A DNA stretch of 64,000 nucleotides from Macrostomum lignano (lineage: Eukaryota): assembly GCA_002269645.1 (NCBI GenBank), contig NIVC01000018.1, positions 62,001 through 126,000 on the forward strand, written 5' to 3'. Under the pieces are notes generated by a model. The model ran no database searches, was not told where the DNA came from, and was given only the letters and a program-made list of their open reading frames with translations. This document shows, piece by piece, positions 1 to 13,800 of this stretch (within the stretch, counting starts at the first letter, position 1; each line of letters opens with the position of its first letter). The translations under genes were made by a program, and so were the position numbers.

Positions 1-1067
1 CCAGTGCAGCATAGAGGTCATTCCCAGTGCAGCATAGAGGTCATTCCCAGTGCAGCATAGAGGTCATTCCCAGTGCAGCATAGAGGTCATTCCCAGTGCA
101 GCATAGAGGTCATTCCCAGTGCAGCATAGAGGTCATTCCCAGTGCAGCATAGAGGTCATTCCCAGTGCAGCATAGAGGTCATTCCCAGTGCAGCATAGAG
201 ATCATTCCCAGTGCAGCATAGAGGTCATTCCCAGTGCAGCATAGAGGCCATTCCCAGTGCAGCATAGAGGTCATTCCCAGTGCAGCATAGAGGCCATTCC
301 CAGTGCAGCATAGAGGTCATTCCCAGTGCAGCATAGAGGTCATTCCCAGTGCAGCATAGAGGTCATTCCCAGTGCAGCATAGAGGTCATTCCCAGTGCAG
401 CATAGAGGCCATTCCCAGTGCAGCATAGAGGTCATTCCCAGTGCAGCATAGAGGTCATTCCCAGTGCAGCATAGAGGTCATTCCCAGTGCAGCATAGAGG
501 TCATTCCCAGTGCAGCATAGAGGCCATTCCCAGTGCAGCATAGAGGTCATTCCCAGTGCAGCATAGAGGTCATTCCCAGTGCAGCATAGAGGCCATTCCC
601 AGTGCAGCATAGAGGTCATTCCCAGTGCAGCATAGAGGTCATTCCCAGTGCAGCATAGAGGCCATTCCCAGTGCAGCATAGAGGTCATTCCCAGTGCAGC
701 ATAGAGGTCATTCCCAGTGCAGCATAGAGGCCATTCCCAGTGCAGCATAGAGGTCATTCCCAGTGCAGCATAGATGTCATTCCCAGTGCAGCATAGAGGT
801 CATTCCCAGTGCAGCATAGAGGCCATTCCCAGTGCAGCATAGAGGTCATTCCCAGTGCAGCATAGAGGCCATTCCCAGTGCAGCATAGAGGTCATTCCCA
901 GTGCAGCATAGAGGCCATTCCCAGTGCAGCATAGAGGTCATTCCCAGTGCAGCATAGAGGCCATTCCCAGTGCAGCATAGAGGCCATTCCCAGTGCAGCA
1001 TAGAGGCCATTCTCAGTGCAGCATAGAGGTCATTCCCAGTGCAGCATAGAGGCCATTCTCAGTGCAG
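1..1067. repeat. 23-bp minisatellite (CCAGTGCAGCATAGAGGTCATTC)n, continues past window start
   Basis: Near-perfect 23-bp tandem units with a T/C variant (AGAGGTCA/AGAGGCCA); the 455-757 ORF is a repeat artefact. Confidence 0.97.
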
Positions 1068-1350
1068 CTATAAAGGGGATTATTTTGAACGCCAGTCTCC
1101 AAGCCCAAGCGTCCCAAACGCATTGCAGGAGTCGAAATCGTCAGCAGGCGCCAGCGGCGGGCCAAATCCGCGCCAACAGCGAGTGGTTAGCCAGGCTGAT
1201 TCCGTCAGCAATTGGCGCCGACCGGGCGCGGGTGCTGCTGCGGCGCCAACTGGAAGCGGATGTAGCGCACCGTCGCCAGACAAGTGGCGCGGCGGCGGTG
1301 GAGGCAGTCGGCGACCTCCAAGAGGTGCCGGCGAGGGTGGAACGAGGTAG
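1068..1350 (+). CDS. Probable terminal coding exon of an unidentified upstream gene (low-complexity S/G/R-rich C-terminus)
   Basis: GC-rich open frame YKGDYFERQSPSP...SNWRRP...DKWRGGGGGSRRPPRG...TR* after TGCAG acceptor (1066-1067), followed by AT-rich 3'UTR-like sequence with TGTA motifs and ATTAAA at 1454 and 1477. No family recognised; frame choice is inference. Confidence 0.35.
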
Positions 1351-1543
1351 AGTACAATCGAGCGTGTATCGTATGTAAATTGTAGTACACATTCACTATA
1401 ATGTACATTGTATGTGTACATTGTATGTACATTCAATTCTAGAGTCTATGTACATTAAATTGTGCAGTATATGTACATTAAAGTGTAAATTTATCCATTT
1501 AATGTTGTGTAGGCGTACCGGCTTCCAATCGGCCAATGGCGAC

Positions 1544-1873
1544 ATGGCCACCGGCGGCGGCAGCTCTTCGATGCCACCGTCCACTGCAGCAGCCAGCCTG
1601 GACACATTTGATTTGCAGCGGCTGGACCCGTGCGTGCAGAAGCTGGTGTTGCTGCTCACTTCGCCTCCGGATCCGGACAGAGCGCCGGCCACTGTCCGAA
1701 GTTTATGGCGAGCCAACTGCGCGCAGGCTCTGGCCGAGCTGCGGTCCGTGGCCGAGCAGGGGCCGGACAGCGAGACGGCGCAGCGGGTGCTCAGCCCGGA
1801 CGCCGTGGCCATTCTGCTGCAGCTGCTGCCACGACTGCAGCCCGGCGATGAGGCCCCGGTGGGGCCGCTGCAG
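1544..1873 (+). CDS. HEATR6: HEATR6 exon 1
   Basis: ATG 1544 (MATGGGSS...), donor CAG|GTAGGC, phase 0. Confidence 0.75.
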
Positions 1874-4800
1874 GTAGGCGCTGGGAATGCGATAGAAATA
1901 CAGAAGAAAGGGAAGCCCAATGCAAGCCAGGTAAATCTAAGTGGATTGAGGGCGGTGCTAAGAGTGGTTTTAAGGCGTTGCTAAGGGTGGTTTCAATGGT
2001 TGAGAGCGTTGCTAAGAATGGTTTGAGGGCGTTGCTAAGAATGGTTTGAGGGCGTTGCTAAGAATGTTTTGAGGGCGTTGCTAAGAATGGTTTGAGGGCG
2101 TTGCTAAGAATGGTTTGAGGGCGTTGCTAAGGGTGGTTTGAGGGTGTTGCTAGGATGTTTATAGGGTGTTGCTAAGGGTGGTTTGAGGGTGTTGCTAAGG
2201 ATGGTTTGAGGGTGTTGCTAAGGATGGTTTGAGGGCGTTGCTAAGGATGGTTTGAGGGTGTTGCTAAGGATGGTTTGAGGGCGTTGCTAAGAATGGTTTG
2301 AGGGCGTTGCTAAGGATGGTTTAAGGGTGTTGCTAAGGGTGGCCTAGGGACAATGCTAAAGAGATGGTTTTTATAGAAAAGTTGTTTGCAGGGAAATCAG
2401 GGAAAATGTTAGTTGATGACAACAGTAGAGTCCTTAACTTAGGCTATCAACGCCCGTGGTAATGAGGCCATTGCCGACATGTATCGAAAATAATAAATAA
2501 TAATCCCAGGCCCTACTAGCCGGCGCGCTGATCAGCCACAAGATCAGTCCGGCCGAGCCGCTCACCTTGGCCACTGTCCGGCATCTGCTGTCCCGGCTGG
2601 CCAGCTCTGAGTCCAACAGTAGCCAGGATCTGAACTCGGCCGGCGCCAATCTGCAACTGCTGGCCGCTCTGTGCCTGAATGTTGGCCAATTTGCCCAGCA
2701 CCAGGGCCTGCTGCGGGACACCATTCGCCGACTGATTGACCGGCTGTCCCGTTGGCCGACGTCCCCAGACGAAGGCGAGACGCTGTCCGGCGAAGGCGAC
2801 GACTACAATTTGTCGGCTTGTCAATTCTATGCCGCTCAAGCGTTGGCCAATCTGGCCTATCTGAGACCGACAGACCAGCGGGACTGCCTGCCGCCCGACC
2901 TGGTGTCCACCCTCCTGACCCGCTGCTTGGCCCTGCTGGAATCGGCTAGCGACAGGCCCAGCGCTCGGGTACTGCAGCTGCTGCTGCATCTGCTAACCTT
3001 TCTGATTAGCAGGTGAGTTGGCTACTTTTGTTTGCAAAAATCGCAGCTACACCGCATCCTGAGAATCGCCCCAAATTCACCGCTTGAGAATAGTCTCTTA
3101 ATCCCCCACCCCAAATAATCGCCCTTTCACCCCTGAGAATCGCCCTTTCACCCCTGAGAATCGCCCTTTCACCCCTGAGAATCGCCCTTTCACCCCTGAG
3201 AATCGTCCTTTCACCCCTGAGAATCGCCTTTTCACCCCTGAGAATCGCCTTTACACCCCTAAGAATCGCCCTTACACCCCTGAGAATCGCCCTTTCACCC
3301 CTGAGAATCGCCTTTACACTCCTGAGAATCGCCCTTACACAACTGAGAATCGCCCCTACACCGCCCCTGAGAATCGCCCCTACACCGCCCCTGAGAATCG
3401 CCCCTACACCGCCCCTGAGAATCGCCCCTACACCGCCCCTGAGAATCGCCCCTGAGAATCGCCCCTACACCGCCTTGAGAATCGCCCCTACACCGCCCCT
3501 GAGAATCGCCCCTACACCGCCCCTGAGAATCGCCCCTACACCGCCCCTGAGAATCGCCCCTACACCGCCCCTGAGAATCGCCTCTACACCGCCCCTGAGA
3601 ATCGCCCCTAATTCACCGCTTGAGAATAGTCTCTTAATCCCCCACCCCAAATAATCGCCCTTTCACCCCTGAGAATCGCCCTTTCACCCCTGAGAATCGC
3701 CCTTTCACCCCTGAGAATCGCCCTTTCACCCCTGAGAATCGCCCTTTCACCCCTGAGAATCGCCTTTACACCCCTGAGAATCGCCCTTACACAACTGAGA
3801 ATCGCCCTTTCACCCCTGAGAATCGCCCTTACACCCCTGAGAATCGCCCTTTCACCCCTGAGAATCGCCCTTTCACCCCTGAGAATCGTCCTTTCACCCC
3901 TGAGAATCGCCCTTACACAACTGAGAATCGCCCCTACACCGCCCCTGAGAATCGCCCCTACACCGCCCCTGAGAATCGCCCCTACACCGCCCCTGAGAAT
4001 CGCCCCTACACCGCCCCTGAGAATCACCCCTACACCGCCCCTGAGAATCGCCCCTACACCGCCCCTGAGAATCACCCCTACACCGCCCCCTGAGAATCAC
4101 CCCTACACCGCCCCCTGAGAATCTCCCCTACACCGCCCCTGAGAATCACCCCTACACCGCCCCTGAGAATCACCCCTACACCGCCCCTGAGAATCGCCCC
4201 TACACCGCCCCTGAGAATCACCCCTACACCGCCCCTGAGAATCTCCCCTACACCGCCCCTGAGAATCACCCCTACACCGCCCCCTGAGAATCGCCCCTAC
4301 ACCGCCCCTGAGAATCGCCCCTACACCGCCCCTGAGAATCACCCCTACACCGCCCCTGAGAATCGCCCCTACACCGCCCCTGAGAATCGCCCCTACACCG
4401 CCCCTGAGAATCACCCCTACACCGCCCCTGAGAATCGCCCCTACACCGCCCCTGAGAATCACCCCTACACCGCCCCCTGAGAATCACCCCTACACCGCCC
4501 CTGAGAATCTCCCCTACACCGCCCCCTGAGAATCTCCCCTACACCGCCCCTGAGAATCACCCCTACACCGCCCCTGAGAATCGCCCCTACACCGCCCCTG
4601 AGAATCACCCCTACACCGCCCCCTGAGAATCTCCCCTACACCGCCCCTGAGAATCACCCCTACACCGCCCCTGAGAATCTCCCCTACACCGCCCCCTGAG
4701 AATCTCCCCTACACCGCCCTGAGAATCACCCCTACACCGCCCCTGAGAATCGCCCCTACACCGCCCCTGAGAATCGCCCCTACACCGCCCCCTGAGAATC

Positions 4801-7800
4801 GCCTCTACACCGCCCCTGAGAATCGCCCCTAATTCACCGCTTGAGAATAGTCTCTTAATCCCCCACCCCAAATAATCGCCCTTTCACCCCTGAGAATCGC
4901 CCTTTCACCCCTGAGAATCGCCCTTTCACCCCTGAGAATCGCCCTTTCACCCCTGAGAATCGCCCTTTCACCCCTGAGAATCGCCTTTACACCCCTGAGA
5001 ATCGCCCTTACACAACTGAGAATCGCCCTTTCACCCCTGAGAATCGCCCTTACACCCCTGAGAATCGTCCTTTCACCCCTGAGAATCGCCCTTACACAAC
5101 TGAGAATCGCCCCTACACCGCCCCTGAGAATCACCCCTACACCGCCCCCTGAGAATCACCCCTACACCGCCCCCTGAGAATCTCCCCTACACCGCCCCCT
5201 GAGAATCTCCCCTACACCGCCCCTGAGAATCACCCCTACACCGCCCCTTAGAATCGCCCCTACACCGCCCCTGAGAATCACCCCTACACCGCCCCCTGAG
5301 AATCTCCCCTACACCGCCCCTGAGAATCACCCCTACACCGCCCCCTGAGAATCGCCCCTACACCGCCCCTGAGAATCGCCCCTACACCGCCCCTGAGAAT
5401 CACCCCTACACCGCCCCTGAGAATCGCCCCTACACCGCCCCTGAGAATCGCCCCTACACCGCCCCTGAGAATCACCCCTACACCGCCCCTGAGAATCGCC
5501 CCTACACCGCCCCTGAGAATCACCCCTACACCGCCCCCTGAGAATCACCCCTACACCGCCCCCTGAGAATCTCCCCTACACCGCCCCCTGAGAATCTCCC
5601 TACACCGCCCCTGAGAATCACCCCTACACCGCCCCTGAGAATCGCCCCTACACCGCCCCTGAGAATCACCCCTACACCGCCCCCTGAGAATCTCCCCTAC
5701 ACCGCCCCTGAGAATCACCCCTACACCGCCCCCTGAGAATCTCCCCTACACCGCCCCCTGAGAATCTCCCCTACACCGCCCCTGAGAATCACCCCTACAC
5801 CGCCCCTGAGAATCGCCCCTACACCGCCCCTGAGAATCGCCCCTACACCGCCCCCTGAGAATCGCCTCTACACCGCCCCTGAGAATCGCCCCTAATTCAC
5901 CGCTTGAGAATAGTCTCTTAATCCCCCACCCCAAATAATCGCCCTTTCACCCCTGAGAATCGCCCTTTCACCCCTGAGAATCGCCCTTTCACCCCTGAGA
6001 ATCGCCCTTTCACCCCTGAGAATCGCCCTTTCACCCCTGAGAATCGCCTTTACACCCCTGAGAATCGCCCTTACACAACTGAGAATCGCCCTTTCACCCC
6101 TGAGAATCGCCCTTACACCCTGAGAATCGCCCTTTCACCCCTGAGAATCGCCCTTTCACCCCTGAGAATCGTCCTTTCACCCCTGAGAATCGCCCTTACA
6201 CAACTGAGAATCGCCCCTACACCGCCCCTGAGAATCGCCCCTACACCGCCCCTGAGAATCGCCCCTACACCGCCCCTGAGAATCGCCCCTACACCGCCCC
6301 CTGAGAATCTCCCCTACACCGCCCCTGAGAATCACCCCTACACCGCCCCTGAGAATCGCCCCTACACCGCCCCTGAGAATCACCCCTACACCGCCCCCTG
6401 AGAATCACCCCTACACCGCCCCCTGAGAATCTCCCCTACACCGCCCCCTGAGAATCTCCCCTACACCGCCCCTGAGAATCACCCCTACACCGCCCCTGAG
6501 AATCGCCCCTACACCGCCCCTGAGAATCACCCCTACACCGCCCCCTGAGAATCGACCTAAACCTCATCTGAAAATCCACCGCGATAACCTGAGAATCCCT
6601 GTAAATCGCTACAGCCAGTGACGCGCCACCCGCCCCATTGTTCAGGTCGCCTCCAATCCGCCCGGCCGATCTGCCTCGCCTTCTCAACCAGCTGCGCCGC
6701 TACCTGTGGCACGGCCTGCCTCCGCCAACTGCCGCTTCTGCTGCATCCGATGCCTCTGCCGATGCTACAGGCGCCGGTCCGCACGCTTTCGCCACGAGCC
6801 CGAGCTGGACCAGTTCGACTCCGTCACTGTGCCCGGTCTCCGATCCAAGAAGCCACTGAAAAAAGCTCGCTGCGTTGCCAGGGGTGACGGCGGCGACTCG
6901 GACGAAGAGGCCAACGGCAGTTTGGAGCAGCGGCTGAGCGGCCTGGACTTGCGGGACGCCGACCTCGCCGACTTGATGCTTAATCGTGACGGTGAATATT
7001 TTCTCTGCAGTTTTCTTCTGATTTCTACTATTAGTAGGATACTTAGGACGGTGCCTAATTTTTTGTAACCTGACGCAATTTTCAGAGCGCCAACAACCGG
7101 CATCCTCTGTCTCGCTAGCTGACGCTAAAGTTCGATTCATCAGCGGTTCCTGTCTTCGAAGACTGGTTGAATCCTTGCACAAACGGGCTCTGCAGTGCCA
7201 CTGGCTGGCCTTCTTTCCGGATCCCGGAAGGCCCTCGTTTCTGCTAGCGCTGCTACTTCGGGAGCCCAACTCGAGGGTAACGTTGTGAATGATGCTGAGG
7301 GGAATGATGCTGAGGGGAATGATGCTGAGGGGAATGATGCTGAGGGGAATGATGCTGACGGGGAATGATGCTGAGGGGAATGATGCTGAGAGGGAATGAT
7401 GCTGAGGGGAATGATGCTGAGGGGGAATGATGCTGAGAGGAATTGATGCTGAGAGGGAATGATGCTGAGGGGAATGATGCTGAGGGGAATGATGCTGAGG
7501 GGAATGATGCTGAGGGGAATGATGCTGAGAGGGAATGATGCTGAGGGGAATGATGCTGAGGGGGAATGATGCTGAGAGGGAATGATGCTGAGGGGAATGA
7601 TGCTGAGGGGAATGATGCTGAGAGGGAATGATGCTGAGAGGGAATGATGCTGAGGGGAATGATGCTGAGAGTGAATGATGCTGAGAGGGAATGATACTGA
7701 GAGGGAATGATGCTGAGGGGAATGATGCTGAGGGGAATGATGCTGAGAGGGAATGATGCTGAGGGGAATGATGCTGAGGGGGAATGATGCTGAGAGGGAA

Positions 7801-10800
7801 TGATGCTGAGGGGAATGATGCTGAGGGGGAATGATGCTGAGAGGGAATGATGCTGAGGGGAATGATGCTGAGGGGGAATGATGCTGAGGGGGAATGATGC
7901 TGAGGGGAAGGATACTGAGGGGGAATGATGCTGAGAGGGAATGATACTGAGGGGGAATGATGCTGACGGGGGAATGATGCTGACGGGGGAATGATGCTGA
8001 GGGGAATGATACTGAGGGGGAATGATGCTGAGAGGGAATGATACTGAGGGGGAATGATGCTGACGGGGGAATAATGCTGAGGGGGAATGATGCTGACGGG
8101 GGAATGATGCTGAGGGGAATGATACTGAGGGGGAATGATGCTGAGAGGGAATGATACTGAGAGGGAATGATACTGAGAGGGAATGATACTGAGGGGGAAT
8201 GATGCTGAGAGGGAATGATACTGAGAGGGAATGATACTGAGAGGGAATGATACTGAGGGGGAATGATGCTGACGGGGGAATAATGCTGAGGGGGAATGAT
8301 GCTGACGGGGGAATAATGCTGAGGGGGAATGATGCTGACGGGGGGAATGATGCTGAGAGTGAATGATGCTGAGAGGGAATGATGCTGAGAGGGAATGATG
8401 CTGAGAGGGAATGATGCTGAGGGGGAATGATGCTGAGAGTGAATGATACTGAGAGGGAATGATGCTGAGAGGGAATGATGCTGAGGGGAATGATACTGAG
8501 GGGGAATGATGCTGAGAGGGAATGATACTGAGAGGGAATGATACTGAGAGGGAATGATACTGAGGGGGAATGATGCTGACGGGGGAATAATGCTGAGGGG
8601 GAATGATGCTGACGGGGGAATAATGCTGAGGGGGAATGATGCTGAGAGGGGAATGATGCTGACGGGGGGAATGATGCTGAGAGTGAATGATGCTGAGAGG
8701 GAATGATGCTGAGAGGGAATGATGCTGAGAGGGAATGATGCTGAGGGGGGATGATGCTGAGAGTGAATGATACTGAGAGGGAATGATGCTGAGAGGGAAT
8801 GATGCTGAGGGGAATGATGCTGAGGGGGAATGATGCTGAGAGTGAATGATACTGAGAGGGAATGATACTGAGAGGGAATGATACTGAGGGGGAATGATGC
8901 TGACGGGGGAATGATGGTGACGGGGGAATGATGCTGAGGGGAATGATACTGAGGGGGAATGATGCTGAGAGGGAATGATACTGAGAGGGAATGATACTGA
9001 GAGGGAATGATACTGAGGGGGAATGATGCTGACGGGGGAATAATGCTGAGGGGGAATGATGCTGACGGGGGAATAATGCTGAGGGGGAATGATGCTGAGA
9101 GGGGAATGATGCTGACGGGGGGAATGATGCTGAGAGTGAATGATGCTGAGAGGGAATGATGCTGAGAGGGAATGATGCTGAGGGGGAATGATGCTGAGAG
9201 TGAATGATACTGAGAGGGAATGATACTGAGAGGGAATGATGCTCAGAGGGAATGATGCTGAGGGGAATGATGCTGAGGGGGAATGATGCTGAGGGGAATG
9301 ATGCTGAGGGGAATGATGCTGACCGGGGAATGATGCTTACGGGGGGGAATGATGCTGAGAGTGAATGATGCTGAGAGGGAATGATGCTGAGAGGGAATGA
9401 TGCTGAGGGGAATGATGCTGAGAGTGAATGATGCTGAGAGGGAATGATACTGAGAGGGAATGATGCTGAGGGGAATGATGCTGAGGGGGAATGATGCTGA
9501 GGGGGAATGATGCTGAGGGGAATGATGCTGAGGGGAATGATGCTGACCGGGGAATGATGCTTACGGGGGGGAATGATGCTTACGGGGGGGAATGATGCTG
9601 AGAGTGAATGATGCTGAGAGGGAATGATACTGAGAGGGAATGATGCTGAGGGGAATGATGCTGAGGGGGAATGATGCTGAGGGGGAATGATGCTGAGAGG
9701 GAATGATACTTAGGGGGAATGATGCTAAGGGGGAATGATGCTGAGGGGAATGATGCTGAGGGGGAATGATGCTGAGGGGAATGATGCTGAGAGGAAATGA
9801 TGCTGAGAGGAGTGATGCTAAAGGGGGAATGGGGCAAATTGACTTAATTGTTTGGAGTTTAATTGCTGACCAGGGTTTCGGTGCAAATTGGATTTCTCCA
9901 AGGAGGATCCCATGATTGGTATTTCATTGTATGGGATTTTACTTCGTTAGCCATAGTCGGCTTTTCCGAGAGAACTCTTGTGAAGAAACCAGCCACTGGT
10001 GTCCCAAATAATTCTGTATTGTTAAATTAGGCAATATATGACTCGTTTTACTAGAAATCCATCTTTAGAAGGCCTGACTGTCGAGTTCATAAATTTTGTT
10101 TCTTAGGAACCTACCTTTAAAAAAGTCGGCCTTCAAAATCTTCGTGACATCTACTAATAAGTAGTAACCGCCTGTATTTCAGGTTCGCGCCAACCTATTG
10201 GACCTATTAGCGAGCCTGTTTCAGGGCTCGAAAGCTTTTCTGCTTCTAGCCGAAGATTTCGGCGTCCCCAAGACCGCTTTCACCCCGCTGTCCACCCGGC
10301 TGGCCGGCTCGCTCCGGGAGATGCACAGGCAGATTCTGCAGGCTCTGCTAGCCGAGCGGAGCCAGGCAACTCAGGCCCAGCTGCTGCGCTGCGTTGGTCA
10401 ACTGGCCGGAAATGTGCCCTACCAGAAACTGCGCCCGGGCCTCGTCACCAAGATTTTCAAGGTGGGAGGCCGACTCGGTGTCGCGTGATTTAGTTACTAG
10501 CGGGATCCTTGCTGACCAACCTGCCTGTGATTTAGTTACTAGCGGGATCCTTGCTGACCAACCTGCCTGTGATTTAGTTACTAGCGGGATCCTTGCTGAC
10601 CAACCTGCCTGTGATTTAGTTACTAGCGGGATCCTTGCTGACCAACCTGCCTGTGATTTAGTTACTAGCGGGATCCTTGCTGACCAACCTGCCTGTGATT
10701 TAGTTACTAGCGCGGATCCTTGCTGACCAACCTGCCTGTGATTTAGTTACTAGCGGGATCCTTGCTGACCAACCTGCCTGTGATTTAGTTACTAGCGGGA

Positions 10801-13800
10801 TCCTTGCTGACCAACCTGCCTGTGATTTAGTTACTAGCGGGATCCTTGCTGACCAACCTGCCTGTGATTTAGTTACTAGCAGGATCCTTGCTGACCAACC
10901 TGCCTGTGGCTTCAGGATTCAGATGGGATTCCCGTTGCCTCTTCTCACTGAGGCTTCAGCATTCAGATGGGATTCCCGTTACCTCTTCTCACTGAGGCTT
11001 CAGCATTCAGATGGGATTCCCGGTACCTCTTCTCACTGAGGCTTCAGCATTCAGGATTCCCGTTGCCTCTTCTCACTGAGGCTTCAGCATTCAGATGGGA
11101 TTCCCGTTACCTCTTCTCACTGAGGCTTCAGCATTCAGGATTCCCGTTCCCTCTTCTCACTGAGGCTTCAGCATTCAGGATTCCCGTTGCCTCTTCTCAG
11201 TGAGGCTTCAGCATTCAGATGGGATTCCCGTTACCTCTTCTCACTGAGGCTTCAGCATTCAGATGGGATTCCCGTTACCTCTTCTTACTGAGGCTTCAAG
11301 ATTCAAATGGGATTCCCGTTACATCTCCCTGAGGCCTCAGGATTCAAATGGGATTCCCGTTGCCTTCTCTCTCTGAGGCGTCAGGATTCAGACGGGATTC
11401 CCGCTACTTCCCCTGCCTGAAGCTTCAGAGCTGTGCATTGACGTTCCTGTCATGCCCCTCGCAGCCATTCATTGATCTTCAATCTTCGGCGTCATCTCAG
11501 GTGGCCTCCCCGTTTCTCCTGTCCGAATCGCCGGACGTGAAATCGGCCGCCCTGCAGTGCTTCGGCCAGCTGGCATCGCTCGAAGGCCCCGCGTTCGAGG
11601 TGTCCCACTGCCTTCTGCAGGACTGCCTCCGTTCGCCCGCCGCCTCGCCCATGCTCACCGGATTTCACACGCCTCTGCTGGGACCGCAAACTGCGCCGTT
11701 CGAGTCCTCCTGGCTGGTGCAGCACTGCCTGCGGGTGGCGCATCCTAGGGGCGACGGCTGGCAGGTCGGCTGCTGATCTATCCGTCTGTGTGTCTGTCTG
11801 TGTCTGTCTGTGTGTCTATTTGTTTGTCTGTCTGTCTCTGTGTGTGTGTGTGTCTGTGTGTCTATTTGTTTGTCTGTCTGTCTCTGTGTGTGTGTGTGTG
11901 TGTGTCTATTTGTTTGTCTGTCTGTCTCTGTGTGTGTCTGTCTGTGTGTCTATTTGTTTGTCTGTCTGTCTCTGTGTGTGTCTGTCTGTGTGTCTATTTG
12001 TTTGTCTGTGTCTCTGTGTGTGTGTCTGCCTGCCTGCCTGCCTGTCTGTCTGTCTGTCTGTCTGTCTGTCAATAACAAGCCCTAATCGCCTTACCCCACA
12101 GAATGATGACACCCCATCGGGGTCAGCCGCAGCAGCAGCCGGGCAGTCCCAGCAGCAGGCGGCCCTAGAGCCAACCGCAGTTCGCGTGGAGGCCCTCGCC
12201 ACCCTGCGCTGGCTGGTGCTCCGCTACTGGAACTTTGTCAGCCCAGTGTCTGAGCAGCTCCGCCTTACTCTGCAGCTCTGCCTGCTGCCCGAGTCCAACC
12301 GGGCCGTCCGCGCCGCCTCGGTCCGCGCTCTCGACGCTCTGCTGACCTCGCTGCCGCCCGCGGAGGCTGCCGCCCCTGTCTGGTCAGCCTTCCTGCCAGC
12401 CCTGCTGTCCTGCCTGCAACCGGCCGCCCACTACAGCGTCCGCTCCGCCGCTGCCGAATGCCTCGCGCTGCTTGACGACGCTTCGTCGGCCAATCTACCG
12501 TCCGAACTACTCGGCGACGCCTTCCAGGCCCTGCTGGCGCTCTGCCAGGACGGCCTCAACACTGTCCGAGCCGCCGCTGTTCGAGCTCTGGGCGCCTGGA
12601 CTGCTCTTAGTCCAATTCGATTCGAGAATAATGGCCGAAGACTGCTGGCGCTGGTCTGGCGCTTTGCCGACCTGTGCGCCGGCATCGAGTCGCTTGTGGT
12701 GCGCGCCCAGGCCGCCTGGTCGCTGGCTCAGGTTGGCAGTTATTACCTTTATTGTCATTATTTCCGTTGCTGTGACCCTTTTGTCCCCTTTCTAATTGTC
12801 ATTCATGTTCCCGATGTACTTTCTCCCCCATCTACCCGGTGTACTTTCTCCCCCCCCATCTACCCGGTGTACTTCCCCCCCATCTACCCGGTTTACTTTC
12901 TCCCCCCCATCTACCCAGTGTACTTTCTCCCCCATCTACCCGGTGTACTTTCTCCCCCATCTACCGGGTGTACTTTCTCCCCCATCTACCCGGTGTACTT
13001 TCTCCCCCCCCCATCTACCCGGTGTACTTTCTCCCCCATCTACCCGGTGTACTTTCTCCCCCATCTACCGGTGTACTTTCTCCCCATCTACCCGGTGTAC
13101 TTTCTCCCCCCCCATCTACCCGGTGTACTTTCTCCCCCCCATCTACCCGGTGTACTTTCTCCCCCCCATCTACCCGGTGTACTTTCTCCCCCCCCATCTA
13201 CCCGGTGTACTTTCTCCCCCCCATCTACCCGGTGTACTTTCTCCCAAATCTACCCGGTGTACTTTCTCCCCCCCATCTACCCGGTGTACTTTCTCCCCCC
13301 CCCCCATCTACCCGGTGTACTTTCTCCCCCCCCCCATCTACCCGGTGTACTTTCTCCCAAATCTACCCGGTGTACTTTCTCCCCCATTTACCCGGTGTGC
13401 CTTCTCCCCCTATCTACCTGGTGTACTTTCTTCCTAACTACCTACCCGGTTCCGCGTCCCACAGGCCTCGGAGGCTCTCCTAGCCCTGTCCGAACAGTCG
13501 CGCTATCCGCCGTCGCCGCCGTTGCTATCCGAGGCCGATCTAGTTCGCCTATTCCTAGCCGGCATGAATCTCTGCGCCGATGCGCCAAAAGTTCGAGAAA
13601 ATGCCGCCCGCCTATTGGGCAATTTGTTCTGCCTGGCTGCGCTGTGCTCGGACTATTTGGAATCGGCGGCTAGCGGCAGCGGAGGCAGAGGCCACCTGCG
13701 GGCCTGCATGGAGCAGGCAGCCACCGGGCTGGCCAACCTCGTGACGCCGGGCGGCGCCGACTCGGCCAGCGCCAGGGTCCGGTGGAACGCCTCGCTGGCT

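Noticed and set aside
2443-2480. Possible micro-exon [12 protein letters not shown] in HEATR6 intron 1
   Set aside because: No donor gives a compatible phase; direct 1873-2510 splicing is in frame.
10485-10907. 42-bp direct repeats resembling a CRISPR array
   Set aside because: Units are head-to-tail with no unique spacers, lie in a spliceosomal intron, and no cas genes are present.
11790-13673. 627-aa ORF
   Set aside because: HEATR6 exon 7 plus read-through of flanking intronic repeats.
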